Of a stretch of DNA of 44,019 bases, positions 17,501 to 26,401 are shown piece by piece. Numbering within the stretch: the stretch's first letter is position 1; every line of letters starts with the position of its first letter. Under the pieces are notes generated by a model. The model ran no database searches and had not been told where the DNA came from. It saw nothing but the letters and a program-made list of their open reading frames with translations. This DNA is from a virus (taxonomy: Duplodnaviria > Caudoviricetes), in IMG/VR virus record IMGVR_UViG_3300005077_000034, positions 1 to 44,019 of that record; one strand, given 5' to 3'. Both the position numbers and the translations under genes were made by a program.

Positions 17501-20500
17501 TTAAATCAAAACCGGAAATAAATCTCCTTTGGCCGGTAAGACGGCCCAATAGATTCGATCTAGTTCCATCCGAGTCTTTTCCATCTATTAGATTTTGCCA
17601 CCAGTTTTTTTTCTCTGGCGGTTGTGAGGCGGCAACAATCCCATCACTTATTCTTTTTTCCTTACTTTTCGCCGCTTTAACGGCCAATTCTCTGGTTTCC
17701 AGCTCCTCTTGGTAGGCTTCATCAAATGCATCACCATTGAGCCCTCCAACTTGCTTTTTCCATTGTTTGTAAACTTCCCCCTTCGACACAAATGACGCAA
17801 GCTCTGTTTCTTTTTTGCGAGCTTCGATCGTCGCAAGCATAAGCTTTTCATTCTCTTGCATTAATGGATTCATTTTCTCTAATCGCTGCGCTGCCTCAGA
17901 CACGGCCTTAGAGAAAGCCTCTGTCCCAGCTTGCGCCCCTGTTATGCCAGAGGCCAAGGAAGCACCGCCAGAAGCAAAGCCTTGAGAAATCACTCCAAGC
18001 TTATTCATAAATTCTGGTCTGCCAACAGCGGCGACTGAAGGATCTCCAAATTTAGGAGTATGAGAAAGCCATGATATATTTGTATCGGAAAGAACCCCAG
18101 ATATATGTGTTCTTAAAAATTCAGCGTCACTCCCCTGCGCGCCCTGAAGAGAGCCTAATGACTCCATGAGTGTTTTCTTCTGGGAAAGCAAACCATACGA
18201 TCCTTGATCGCCTATATCTGCAAGGGCAACACCAAGATTGTCGACCGACATAGCCTGACGCGCCGTAAGACCAGCGTTGAGCATATCAAGATTTCTCTGG
18301 CCCAAATCTTCAGAGCCCATCGCTGCGCCCATCGCGCCGCGAAGAATGGCGGTGGACTGCTCCTCGCTATATACAGTGCGGCCAGCGGCCCCTCCGCGAG
18401 CCGATGATCTTCTCGGGGCGAATCCACCAGCGGCGTCCTTTCGCCGCTGAAGTTCCTCCCTGAATGGAAGAAGAACATCTTCTGCTATTCCTGAATGAGC
18501 GCCACTACGCTTCGCCCTTTGAGCAAACTCAGATAAAGAACGATATTCCGATTCTGTTGGAACCATGTCTGGATTCATGGCCAGCATGGACCACTCGTCC
18601 AAATGCCGCTCCTTAACCATTGAGTCTGAGAAATTAAGATTAAAGAACGCAGATCTCATTTCCTCGGTAATTGGATTGCCACTTAATATGTCGCGGAACA
18701 ATCCAGCCGCAGATCCCCAATCAACACTATTTGCGCCCTGCGGTGGAATTGCAGGATTAATAATGCGTCCCATGACCTGACCCGATGTTGTCCCGGAGGG
18801 CATAGATGAAGATGCGACACCGGAAGAAGATGCGCCAACCGGCCTGCTCCCTATGCCAGAGCTTGCTCCACCTGGATTTTTCGAATCGAAGCCAGTCAAT
18901 TCGCTAACGTTTTCAACGAGATCGTACTTTTGTACAAGTTCCTCAACGGCCCTTTTCTTCTCCGAAAATTTTCCGTGTTTTAAGCTCTCGAGAATTTCTG
19001 GATGCCTTCCTTTATTAAGAGCTTCCGCAATCACCGGGGCTATTTCATCAACATTATCCTGCATCGCCCTGGATGCGCTAACAACACTACTTAACTGCTC
19101 ATCAGAAAAAGCATCAATATCAACTTCCCTAAAGGCAACGCCGGATCCCTCAACACCAACGCCTTTAATTAAATTTAAAATCTCTTGATCGGTTGCCTGA
19201 GATGGGTCAGTAAAAGATCCGTGATTTTTTCCGGTTCCGACAAAATATGCGCCATTAACTTTATAGCCCTTATCGCGAAGAGTCTTCGCATAGAGAGCAA
19301 GCTGCAATGGATTGGCATTATCAAGATCGCCGGTTTTCCAGTCTACAATAATGCCTCTTTCTGCGTCATAATAATCAATCTTCATTGACGATCTTGTATC
19401 CCCTTCGCCAATATTATGCTCAAAGGATCTCTCTGCGAAAGATCCTTCACCAAGCCTTTCAGACTTAACAAGATCGTTTACTCTATCCCCCATTGCCCCA
19501 TGCCATAAAGATCCATCTTTCGCCGAGGGAGATTTGCCAGCAATACCCATGTCCTGAAGTTTATTTAATAACCTCATGGATGATCTTGTCCCAGTAGACG
19601 TAACTGCAATTGGTTTAATAGACATATCCCCTTCATACCTATTAGACTTTTTAGCAGTTCCATTCATTTGCTGAATGGCGTCTTCTGCGCCAAGAAATTT
19701 AGTTCCTTCTTCCGCTTCGACAGTCTCTTTTGTGGATGCAACAGCAACCCCAAGTTTTGCATCTGCCGCGGCCTTTTCCTGCTCCTTCAGCTTGGCCTCA
19801 AGTTTGTTATATCCACTCTCGGTAAGAATGTCTTTTGTCGATATTGGATCCCCGGAGACAAGAGACGAAAAACCAGACATATTTAACAATTTATCAATAT
19901 TAGCATCTTGTCTTCCGCTATCCATCAAATGCTGGATATACGACATGCCAAATGTAAACTGCCGGCCATACGGCTTTGCCCCTTGTGCAATTGCAGCAGA
20001 GTTTCCGCCTGCCATAATGGGGGCAAGAACTCTCTGAGCCTTTGCAATGGCCTGGTCATATTCGCCAGTGGCCAGCCCCTGATAGGACGCCATTGCGCTT
20101 TGTATTTTCCAGTCCTCTACCTCTTCACCATTTTCAACGGCCCTAAGTACGCTTTGATAATTATTCAAAGCTTTAAGACCGGCCATGCCAAATGTCATGG
20201 CGCCCCATGGCGTCTCATTAATCAGCCACTTCCTAAACTCACTTGCCTTCTTTCCAGTTATATTGGTCGTTGGATAATCATTCGATGCGATTTCAGCTAT
20301 CATCGACGCAAGCTCGGGCTGCGCCTTTGAAAGAGCATCTATGCTCTCAAACCCAAACATGCCAGCCGTCTCGTCTACGCTTAATTGACCAATGCTTGTC
20401 ATGCCCCTTATACTTGTAGCCAAAAGCTGGTTCATGCCTACTTCATAAGTATCTCTAACAAGCTTGCCATTTCTAACTTGCATTAGCCCAATGTTCTGAA

Positions 20501-23500
20501 GTCTCATCTGGGCGCCGCTTGAACCCTGGAATAACTCAAGCGTGGCCGGAGCGAGCGCGCTTGACGCCGCATAAGATAATGTCTCAAATTTATCTGGCGT
20601 AAATCCGCCACTCAGCTTCCCGTGATGCATAATAGATCTTGTCAAAGACTGTGTGTCCACAAGGCTTTGTTTAATATTGGCGCCTAGTTTATCAAACGCA
20701 GAAATAACGTTATCGGGTCTTTTCTCGCCGGAATTCATTTCATCATAAAATCCGCCAAGCGCTGTCGTCATAATATCTGCGTATCCAATAAACTGCTTTC
20801 CAAGAGCAGCCATAGCCCTCATTTGCTGAATGGATCCCAGGCTTTGCTCGCTTCTCTGATAAACAAGGCTATCGACATATCCTTGCATGTTAGCAAAACC
20901 CTTGGACATGGGGCCGGTTATATCTGGTAAAACCTTCATTCCAACAACTTTATTTCTGGCGGCGTAGCCAAGTAGAGCCATTGGATTTAATTGAGATGCA
21001 TCACTCACGCCAGCGGCCTTCATTGCCTGCTCAACAACTTCTGGGGCGTGGCGCTGGAAATGGCCCAAAACAGCCTGGCCGCGCTCTTCATCCAAAGAGA
21101 TATTTGGCGCAAAATAATTTAGGAATGTAAACAGGCCGGCTGTATCTTTATCGTAGTCAGCAAAATTCGCGCTCGATACAAACGACCCCGTAACACCCAA
21201 ACCAGCGAATTTTTTGGGATCAACATTGTATCCAACGTTCTTGGCCATAGTAGCACTGATTACGCTACCACCCGTATAGTTTGCAAGATTAAGAACATTG
21301 CCAGGCCAGCGCTTAAAAAGACCCTTAAGATCAAGAGCTGACGTTTGGACTCCTTCAGCCTCCATAATATCAACGTTATAGCGTTGTTTGTATTCAGAAG
21401 CCAAACGGTCGTATGTTTCGTCTGGAACGATAAATCTCAAGGGATCATCTTCTTTTGCACCTTCTACAAAAGTGATGACGCCACTCAAGCTGCTTAAGGC
21501 GCTTGATCCGGTCATTGACGATTTAATAACACCCTGCTGCGTAGCATATTTCCCTAATTCTTCATTAAATGCGCCAATGGCAGCGGTATTTCTTTCCCCC
21601 ATGGAATTACTTATTAAACTGAGAGTATTTTCGTATGCGATCCCCAACCTATCTATTGGTTTTCCGAGCGCCCCAAAAGTAGACGCCTTTATCATAGACT
21701 CGGCAGGAGGTAGCACACCAAGAACCTTTCCTTCCCCGTCTTTTATTTCAATAAATTTCCCCTTTGTGTTTTTATCTTCGGCCATTGCCTGAAGCCTATG
21801 ATAAAGAGGCTGCTGCCCGCGCGAGCGGAGCATTGCAAGCACGGCTTCATTACCAGCAAATTCTTTTGCTACAGAACTCTCTCCGCTTGGAAATTCAAAA
21901 GTTTCTCCTGGAGAAACAGTTATTTTTCGGTGCTCAGGTACCATTCCAGATGCAGCCATAACAATATCACTATATGGCGATGCGCCTTCCTGGAGATTTA
22001 AGAATATATCTTTCGCAAGATCGGGATTGTTTCTGCCAAGCTCTATAATATCTTGCATATTAATTCTGGCATCTCTGCCTCTTTGCGGAGATTCACCAAA
22101 TGAATGGACAAGCTTATGCTTGAGCACGTCTTGTTCTGCGACGGCATATACGCGCCCGTCCACTTCCCTTAATTTACCGCCAATAGCGGCGAGGGCCCCG
22201 GCTTCACTTCCGCCCTCCCTATACTGCGGAACAAGATGCGGATCCAGATATGACCAAACCTCTTTTCTAACAAGATCGCCGCCATGCCCCTGAAGAGTTT
22301 TTCTAAACTCTTCTTTCATTGGGCCGAACATATTTTGCAAAGCGGTAGAGAAAATCTCGGCCCCGTTATATCTAATATAGGTTTGATTAAAAATATGTTT
22401 TTGAAATTCTTCCCATCTTCCTTGAGGAACAAACTGCTTCCACTCCTCTGGGTCAATAGTATTAGCTATGGCATCCACAAGATAGGGGAGCCCCTTAACA
22501 GACTCCGCAGTTACGAAAAGATCCGTGTCTCTATCAACGCCCCTTGGAAGCTCTGGAACAAATCCAACAACGCCTTTCAATCCCGCAACGCCAGCAATAG
22601 AATGGCCCGTCATGGGAGAATAATGAACATTGTATGCTAACTCTACGTTGGGCTTATTTCCGCCACTCCCCCACATAAAGTTCACACTTCCGTATGCATC
22701 TCCTGCAATATTTTGCTCAAGGCCTCCGCCCTCGTTAAGAAGGCCGATCCATTTGTGCATGGCCAATATTTCGGTGGCCGTTCTCGGTTTTTTAGTCAAG
22801 ATATTCGGGCTAAAAGCCTGGTCTTTTCCAGTTTTTGGATCTGTGACAGTAACGTGTTCGCCACTTCTAAAAAGATGCTTCTTATTTTCTGGTGTATACG
22901 CATAAAGAAAGTCATAAAACTCTTGTCCACCAAAAGGAAGATTTAACGTAATATTATTGGGAGTATATCCAATAAAACCAGGGCCGGCAGTATGGTTTTC
23001 ATCCGGCCTTAATGAGAGAGCGTCTGCATCCCCTCCAAGAAGACCAAGAAAACCACCCCTTCCATTAATCCTGCCATTTGGCATCTGACCGGAAAACAAC
23101 GGCCTATCCGTAGAAGATCCATAGTTTGCCATATCCAAATATGAAATGCCGATGCTGCGACGCTTGCCCTGCGCCATTTCAAGATTTGAAAAAGATTCGG
23201 ATCTCGCATAAACCATACCGGGCGGAGAGACCACACCAGGAGCAAACTCGGCCCACCTGGTAACGCCTTGATTACGAAGAAAATCATCATCCCTGGCAAA
23301 TATTTGTTGCATACCAAGCAGCGCGTTATAAGTCGTACCCTCGCCATTTGTCGAGGTAAGAAAATGCGTTCTTCCAGGATTCATTTTTGCAGAAAGTTTT
23401 ATTCTGGACTCTGATTTTCCCAAATTATATGCAGAGGTGACAAGGGGATCGTATACATCTCCCGAAAGACCAAATCCAGGTATTGCCTCCAGAGCCCAGT

Positions 23501-24128
23501 TATGAACATAGGATGGGCCAGCATTTGTACGAGAAGAAATCATCGAGGTATCTGAATACGTGCCCGGATACGCATTTTGTTTATACCAAAATGGACTTGA
23601 TTTTCCGTTTTCATCAACGCCCATATACCCCCTGGCCATTTCAAATGCAGCAAACTCAGGAGTAACTGGACCGCCAGTTCCAATAAACGGATCTCTTACA
23701 TAGGGAGAATGCTCAAAGTTTGCTGTGAATGTTCTTCCCATTATCGCCTGAACATTCCAGTCATCGTCTTCGTTAAGGCCGACTACACCAAAGCCGCGCG
23801 AAACTCTTGATATTGCGCCAAGCAGAGCTTCTGAACTGCTTGTTTCCTGTAAGCCATTACCAAAAATAGGGGAAATGCCACTACCGGCAACAGAAAACTT
23901 CCCCAGTCCCATATCGAAAGAAAAATCGAAGCTCTTTGCCTGTCTTTTACCAGATGGATCAAAAATAAATGCTGTAGCTCGACGTGCGCCACCAGGACCA
24001 ATTGGATCGTGAACATAAAAATCAACAAGCTCGTCTAGGCCAAGTTGATCTCTCAAGGAAAATAGATCGGCAAATGCACTTTGTTCGCTTATGAAATTTC
24101 TTGGGCGATTGGAGACTGGACGATCCAT
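14532..24128 (-). CDS. tape measure polyprotein with N-terminal two-barrel RNA polymerase-like region and central PD-(D/E)XK nuclease domain
   Basis: Follows the tail tube and frameshifting chaperone. C-terminal coiled coil and GGHVLPGERYLIGENEPEIFVP tape-measure tail motif. RNAP-like motifs AGVAGLKGVV (K518), KLVH (H675), RWP (R940), ADYDKD (D991-D995). Nuclease motifs IDYYD..IVDWKTG..QLALYA near aa 1585-1612. Confidence 0.8.
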   Translation of the reverse strand: MDRPVSNRPRNFISEQSAFADLFSLRDQLGLDELVDFYVHDPIGPGGARRATAFIFDPSGKRQAKSFDFSFDMGLGKFSVAGSGISPIFGNGLQETSSSEALLGAISRVSRGFGVVGLNEDDDWNVQAIMGRTFTANFEHSPYVRDPFIGTGGPVTPEFAAFEMARGYMGVDENGKSSPFWYKQNAYPGTYSDTSMISSRTNAGPSYVHNWALEAIPGFGLSGDVYDPLVTSAYNLGKSESRIKLSAKMNPGRTHFLTSTNGEGTTYNALLGMQQIFARDDDFLRNQGVTRWAEFAPGVVSPPGMVYARSESFSNLEMAQGKRRSIGISYLDMANYGSSTDRPLFSGQMPNGRINGRGGFLGLLGGDADALSLRPDENHTAGPGFIGYTPNNITLNLPFGGQEFYDFLYAYTPENKKHLFRSGEHVTVTDPKTGKDQAFSPNILTKKPRTATEILAMHKWIGLLNEGGGLEQNIAGDAYGSVNFMWGSGGNKPNVELAYNVHYSPMTGHSIAGVAGLKGVVGFVPELPRGVDRDTDLFVTAESVKGLPYLVDAIANTIDPEEWKQFVPQGRWEEFQKHIFNQTYIRYNGAEIFSTALQNMFGPMKEEFRKTLQGHGGDLVRKEVWSYLDPHLVPQYREGGSEAGALAAIGGKLREVDGRVYAVAEQDVLKHKLVHSFGESPQRGRDARINMQDIIELGRNNPDLAKDIFLNLQEGASPYSDIVMAASGMVPEHRKITVSPGETFEFPSGESSVAKEFAGNEAVLAMLRSRGQQPLYHRLQAMAEDKNTKGKFIEIKDGEGKVLGVLPPAESMIKASTFGALGKPIDRLGIAYENTLSLISNSMGERNTAAIGAFNEELGKYATQQGVIKSSMTGSSALSSLSGVITFVEGAKEDDPLRFIVPDETYDRLASEYKQRYNVDIMEAEGVQTSALDLKGLFKRWPGNVLNLANYTGGSVISATMAKNVGYNVDPKKFAGLGVTGSFVSSANFADYDKDTAGLFTFLNYFAPNISLDEERGQAVLGHFQRHAPEVVEQAMKAAGVSDASQLNPMALLGYAARNKVVGMKVLPDITGPMSKGFANMQGYVDSLVYQRSEQSLGSIQQMRAMAALGKQFIGYADIMTTALGGFYDEMNSGEKRPDNVISAFDKLGANIKQSLVDTQSLTRSIMHHGKLSGGFTPDKFETLSYAASSALAPATLELFQGSSGAQMRLQNIGLMQVRNGKLVRDTYEVGMNQLLATSIRGMTSIGQLSVDETAGMFGFESIDALSKAQPELASMIAEIASNDYPTTNITGKKASEFRKWLINETPWGAMTFGMAGLKALNNYQSVLRAVENGEEVEDWKIQSAMASYQGLATGEYDQAIAKAQRVLAPIMAGGNSAAIAQGAKPYGRQFTFGMSYIQHLMDSGRQDANIDKLLNMSGFSSLVSGDPISTKDILTESGYNKLEAKLKEQEKAAADAKLGVAVASTKETVEAEEGTKFLGAEDAIQQMNGTAKKSNRYEGDMSIKPIAVTSTGTRSSMRLLNKLQDMGIAGKSPSAKDGSLWHGAMGDRVNDLVKSERLGEGSFAERSFEHNIGEGDTRSSMKIDYYDAERGIIVDWKTGDLDNANPLQLALYAKTLRDKGYKVNGAYFVGTGKNHGSFTDPSQATDQEILNLIKGVGVEGSGVAFREVDIDAFSDEQLSSVVSASRAMQDNVDEIAPVIAEALNKGRHPEILESLKHGKFSEKKRAVEELVQKYDLVENVSELTGFDSKNPGGASSGIGSRPVGASSSGVASSSMPSGTTSGQVMGRIINPAIPPQGANSVDWGSAAGLFRDILSGNPITEEMRSAFFNLNFSDSMVKERHLDEWSMLAMNPDMVPTESEYRSLSEFAQRAKRSGAHSGIAEDVLLPFREELQRRKDAAGGFAPRRSSARGGAAGRTVYSEEQSTAILRGAMGAAMGSEDLGQRNLDMLNAGLTARQAMSVDNLGVALADIGDQGSYGLLSQKKTLMESLGSLQGAQGSDAEFLRTHISGVLSDTNISWLSHTPKFGDPSVAAVGRPEFMNKLGVISQGFASGGASLASGITGAQAGTEAFSKAVSEAAQRLEKMNPLMQENEKLMLATIEARKKETELASFVSKGEVYKQWKKQVGGLNGDAFDEAYQEELETRELAVKAAKSKEKRISDGIVAASQPPEKKNWWQNLIDGKDSDGTRSNLLGRLTGQRRFISGFDLIYSARMAGMFISPFSQAADRDAANEQAMVSHLAAYEGIDRAVIPERIRRSNTRSNFMLGMGRSFDDAYGGLSDLITAGGGIFGSALPSLSAGVGVSLVAAGFGAGPAAPFIGAGVALAGAVGTGLSIKNDPNTWGLENGTPDWWQKFSLWTAAGSRSPEDGETHWSAAQRLIDASIWAGMYGEAYTRRVNRGTLANMSAAERNAVLKNLANTSVEQGGALYGYSYDIALEAYASAYIMGSDRSELSSYYGLAIDEAKSLATTGVSVYDLYGQISETLTGEVYLPGINPDSDLWDQIKENEFAAQYYIQSGAQSIDDMRREMGMSPIGFSKTRGRLKTSIENAATSAVYNNVLRGYVSQSDAEEMINNVSSMSEANQLSVQMQAVGQVGYRYGAGNTDMVERGLSWATQAGVSEDRYYTQILQNDPRSNFFLWAGGTGNAALGVLGSGYDPGMTVPGGSGLAGKMFQYQGGIFGQGAQQIGQALGLSGDMLSAWTGEMFGGIGGQAALGWQQQQQSLALSRASLGIQGAQFALKHMYTTGEGMPGGRGFWQIEEDFTKLTREQQNYNYMMTTQQLDLQEQTFAENMAFSKEKFDVQTAWKQQDFAIQAYQMARGREWTREDWDRQDNTRAIQWGWTMEDAYEQIRFSTGRERRYAIRDRDRATISHNIESEQIDVERQRTEEKWGWEDEAFEKQQERHDQTVEWQNEEFDLQKKQFDDRMKLTREAHEEELKFIKERRKLEDEQRDMQREFYLAQEELQKASLGIQAAQIANQETMMNYQRDMEILNAAIQTAAIMAGEDTDLFREKLQEVFASIEWSMSGEVDVAINAIVNGSGNINVSGGGRTTITAPPIVQKGNLGTGSTGSGSKLLSGLKAIGGHVLPGERYLIGENEPEIFVPDVPGDIVPMSRAKNLNSLTGVPDIDEMIRLRSAQPGSIGFDSASSNILTGLSGAGSNTHAVEVVKAVIDLLDKLNRMDANAVRDVGNLLKVL

Positions 24129-24162
24129 GGCGCACTTCCCTTAATTATTGTCGAGGGCGGAA

Positions 24163-24504
24163 TTAATCCGCCCCCGCAGCACTATCCGATTGGCGTCTTG
24201 TAACAGAGTTCCTGTACAAAGCCTTGGCCGTTAATGCAGTTTCACAAACTTTCATAATAATCCACGGCTGATCTACATATCCGCCGCTCAAGAATGTTTG
24301 CCCCGTTGCTATTAACGTCTCTGCGAGAATTAATTCCTCTGGCTTTTCCACGACTCTTTGATTATCGCCCTCCATCTGCGCATATCCTGGCATGGCTGAC
24401 CTATATTCATTAGTCGTGAAATAATCTAAAACCCTGTCTTGGACTCCTTCTATATACTCTACAATCCCATCGAATCCTGAGACGCCAGAGTCCCCTGGAA
24501 AGGG
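24163..24504 (-). CDS. frameshift extension of tail assembly chaperone (gpGT-like)
   Basis: -1 frame relative to 24459..24947, entered at the slippery heptamer C CCT TTC. Confidence 0.7.
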   Translation of the reverse strand, partial: PFPGDSGVSGFDGIVEYIEGVQDRVLDYFTTNEYRSAMPGYAQMEGDNQRVVEKPEELILAETLIATGQTFLSGGYVDQPWIIMKVCETALTAKALYRNSVTRRQSDSAAGAD

Positions 24505-24947
24505 TCCCACTGAGGATTTTTCCTCATAACCTTCTCATAGATCTCGTCTGCAACTTCCTGCGGCAGCCTTCCCCACGCGTCGGCAAAAGAAACTCTGTCC
24601 ATATCGAGCCGAGGCTCATTCAAATTTGTCTTTCCAAACTTGAACAGAGAAACGGCATCGCCGGACGGTTCTCCATTTGCACCAAGCGGTTGATATGTGA
24701 TATTGCAATCAACCATTGTCAGGAATACTTCAAGAGCTTTCCTGGTCGATGGAGTTGTTTCCCCGCGAATCTCAATAGCATCCGGCTGGCCAGCGCGATA
24801 AGTTCTCACCTGATTGGAAAAAAGCTCATCACGCTTCGCCTGCTCCGCCACTGTGGCCGGCTTAATAACCACATAGGTTTCGCCAGACGGATCCGAACGA
24901 TCCAGCTTATATGTTTCCGGCAGACCTCTGGTAATAACAAGACTCAT
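24459..24947 (-). CDS. tail assembly chaperone (gpG-like)
   Basis: 162 aa between tail tube and tape measure; GGAGG RBS; slippery site near the 3' end. Confidence 0.75.
   Translation of the reverse strand: MSLVITRGLPETYKLDRSDPSGETYVVIKPATVAEQAKRDELFSNQVRTYRAGQPDAIEIRGETTPSTRKALEVFLTMVDCNITYQPLGANGEPSGDAVSLFKFGKTNLNEPRLDMDRVSFADAWGRLPQEVADEIYEKVMRKNPQWDPFQGTLASQDSMGL
24498..24504 (-). other. programmed -1 ribosomal frameshift site CCCTTTC
   Basis: X XXY YYZ pattern: GAC CCT TTC (D-P-F) shifts to CCC TTT CCA (P-F-P) of the overlapping ORF. Confidence 0.75.
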
Positions 24948-24987
24948 CTTAAACCTCCGTTTTCATTCAATAAGTTTTTGTGGACGG

Positions 24988-25016
24988 GGTGGGGAGACGT
25001 TTAACGACTCCCCACC
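24988..25016 (-). terminator. hairpin after the tail tube gene (attenuator or stability element)
   Basis: GGTGGGGAG...CTCCCCACC inverted repeat in the intergenic gap; no clear U-tract on the minus strand. Confidence 0.5.
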
Positions 25017-25036
25017 ACTATTACAAGGCAGTCGAA

Positions 25037-26383
25037 TTACGACGGCCAAGTGTAGCCTGTTTCCGCATTGATCAGAGTGATCGTTGCGTATTCCTCAGTT
25101 GAGCTGGTAGGCTCAAGCGCCGTTCCGACATACTCAACGGCGATGGTCTGGTTCCCCGCAAGCCTCGGCGCCCCGTTCGGAGCGAAGTTTACATTCGCCA
25201 TATCAAACTGCAAGCGATAGGGCTCTGCAACTGAACTGCTGATATTGGCGGGTGTGCTTACGCTTGCCTGAACACTCGTAGTAAATACTTCAGGAGTGAA
25301 TGATTCTGAGCCACTGTCTGCGCCGGTAAGAATGTGACGATAAAGGGCAGGATCACTCCACTTCATAGCAAACCGCACGACGGCCTGGCGGCTGCGAACG
25401 CCGAAGTCTTCAGGATAATACGACCCGACAACCATCTCTTCCTGCGGACTGGTGAGGCCATTCGCAAAACCAAACATCATACCGGCAACGCCGACCGATG
25501 ATGCGCTCCACCCGGGCATCTTGAAGAAGCCTGTCGCATTAGAAATCGGGAATGAAGAACCGGAATCCATACCGTCCACTGACCATGTTGGGGATTCAGG
25601 GAACGACGGATTACGTCCGACGGCCGCAAATCGAGCGGCGACCGGCCCAGCCTGCGGAATAGTAAATTCGCCACTTGCGAGACGATTATCAAGCACATCC
25701 GTATACATCTGAGTGCTGTCACCAGGGATCTTCTTGCCGATGTTCAGCCACGGCAGAGATGATACGTCTGAAGCAAACTTGAAAACGTGCTTATACGCGC
25801 CAGTGGTCCAGCCAACGGCCACCTGATCGCCGGATGCGGTCCGAGCGGGAAGAGTAACCGACGTAACTGTTTTGAACTCAGTCGTGCCCGTTACCAGGGT
25901 TGTACCGCTCAGGGCAATCGTATCCGTCGCGGCATCATCAGAGGAATCTGTGCCGACAAGCTCAACGTTGCCAGTAATACCGGCCGCACTGCCCTGCACG
26001 GAAATGGTCTTCGCGGTAGTCCACGGACCGCCATCAACGATTGAGGGAGTGCTGGTTGCGCTGTCCGCAAGCGTAGACCATGCGCAAACTTCCTGGATAT
26101 GCGCATCTTCTGATGCTACGTTGCCCATAAGGGCATAAAGCAGCCAACCGATATCGTTTTCGAGGCGGGGGATCATAGAGAATCCACCGCCAGCAAAGAT
26201 ACCGGACTTATAGGCGCCGGTCGGAACCATAATACTTGCAATCTCTGGAGGCAATACTCCCCCGGGGGAGAGAGCCCCATAATCAATATCAGTCGCGCGA
26301 TATTTATAAAACGTCGATGCGGCTGACCCTTTCGCGGCCTGCGGGCCGAAGACAATATAGCCGTTCTGTCCACTCTGAGACAT
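25037..26383 (-). CDS. major tail tube protein with inserted domain
   Basis: 448 aa upstream of the chaperone; N-terminal G.Q.AKG and GWLLYALMG..YKHVF features of siphoviral tube proteins; Thr-rich insertion. Confidence 0.75.
   Translation of the reverse strand: MSQSGQNGYIVFGPQAAKGSAASTFYKYRATDIDYGALSPGGVLPPEIASIMVPTGAYKSGIFAGGGFSMIPRLENDIGWLLYALMGNVASEDAHIQEVCAWSTLADSATSTPSIVDGGPWTTAKTISVQGSAAGITGNVELVGTDSSDDAATDTIALSGTTLVTGTTEFKTVTSVTLPARTASGDQVAVGWTTGAYKHVFKFASDVSSLPWLNIGKKIPGDSTQMYTDVLDNRLASGEFTIPQAGPVAARFAAVGRNPSFPESPTWSVDGMDSGSSFPISNATGFFKMPGWSASSVGVAGMMFGFANGLTSPQEEMVVGSYYPEDFGVRSRQAVVRFAMKWSDPALYRHILTGADSGSESFTPEVFTTSVQASVSTPANISSSVAEPYRLQFDMANVNFAPNGAPRLAGNQTIAVEYVGTALEPTSSTEEYATITLINAETGYTWPS
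26257..26270. repeat. CTCCCCCGGGGGAG palindrome, intragenic (tail tube)
   Basis: Exact copy. Confidence 0.9.
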
Positions 26384-26401
26384 AGTAATTCTCCTTTATG
26401 G

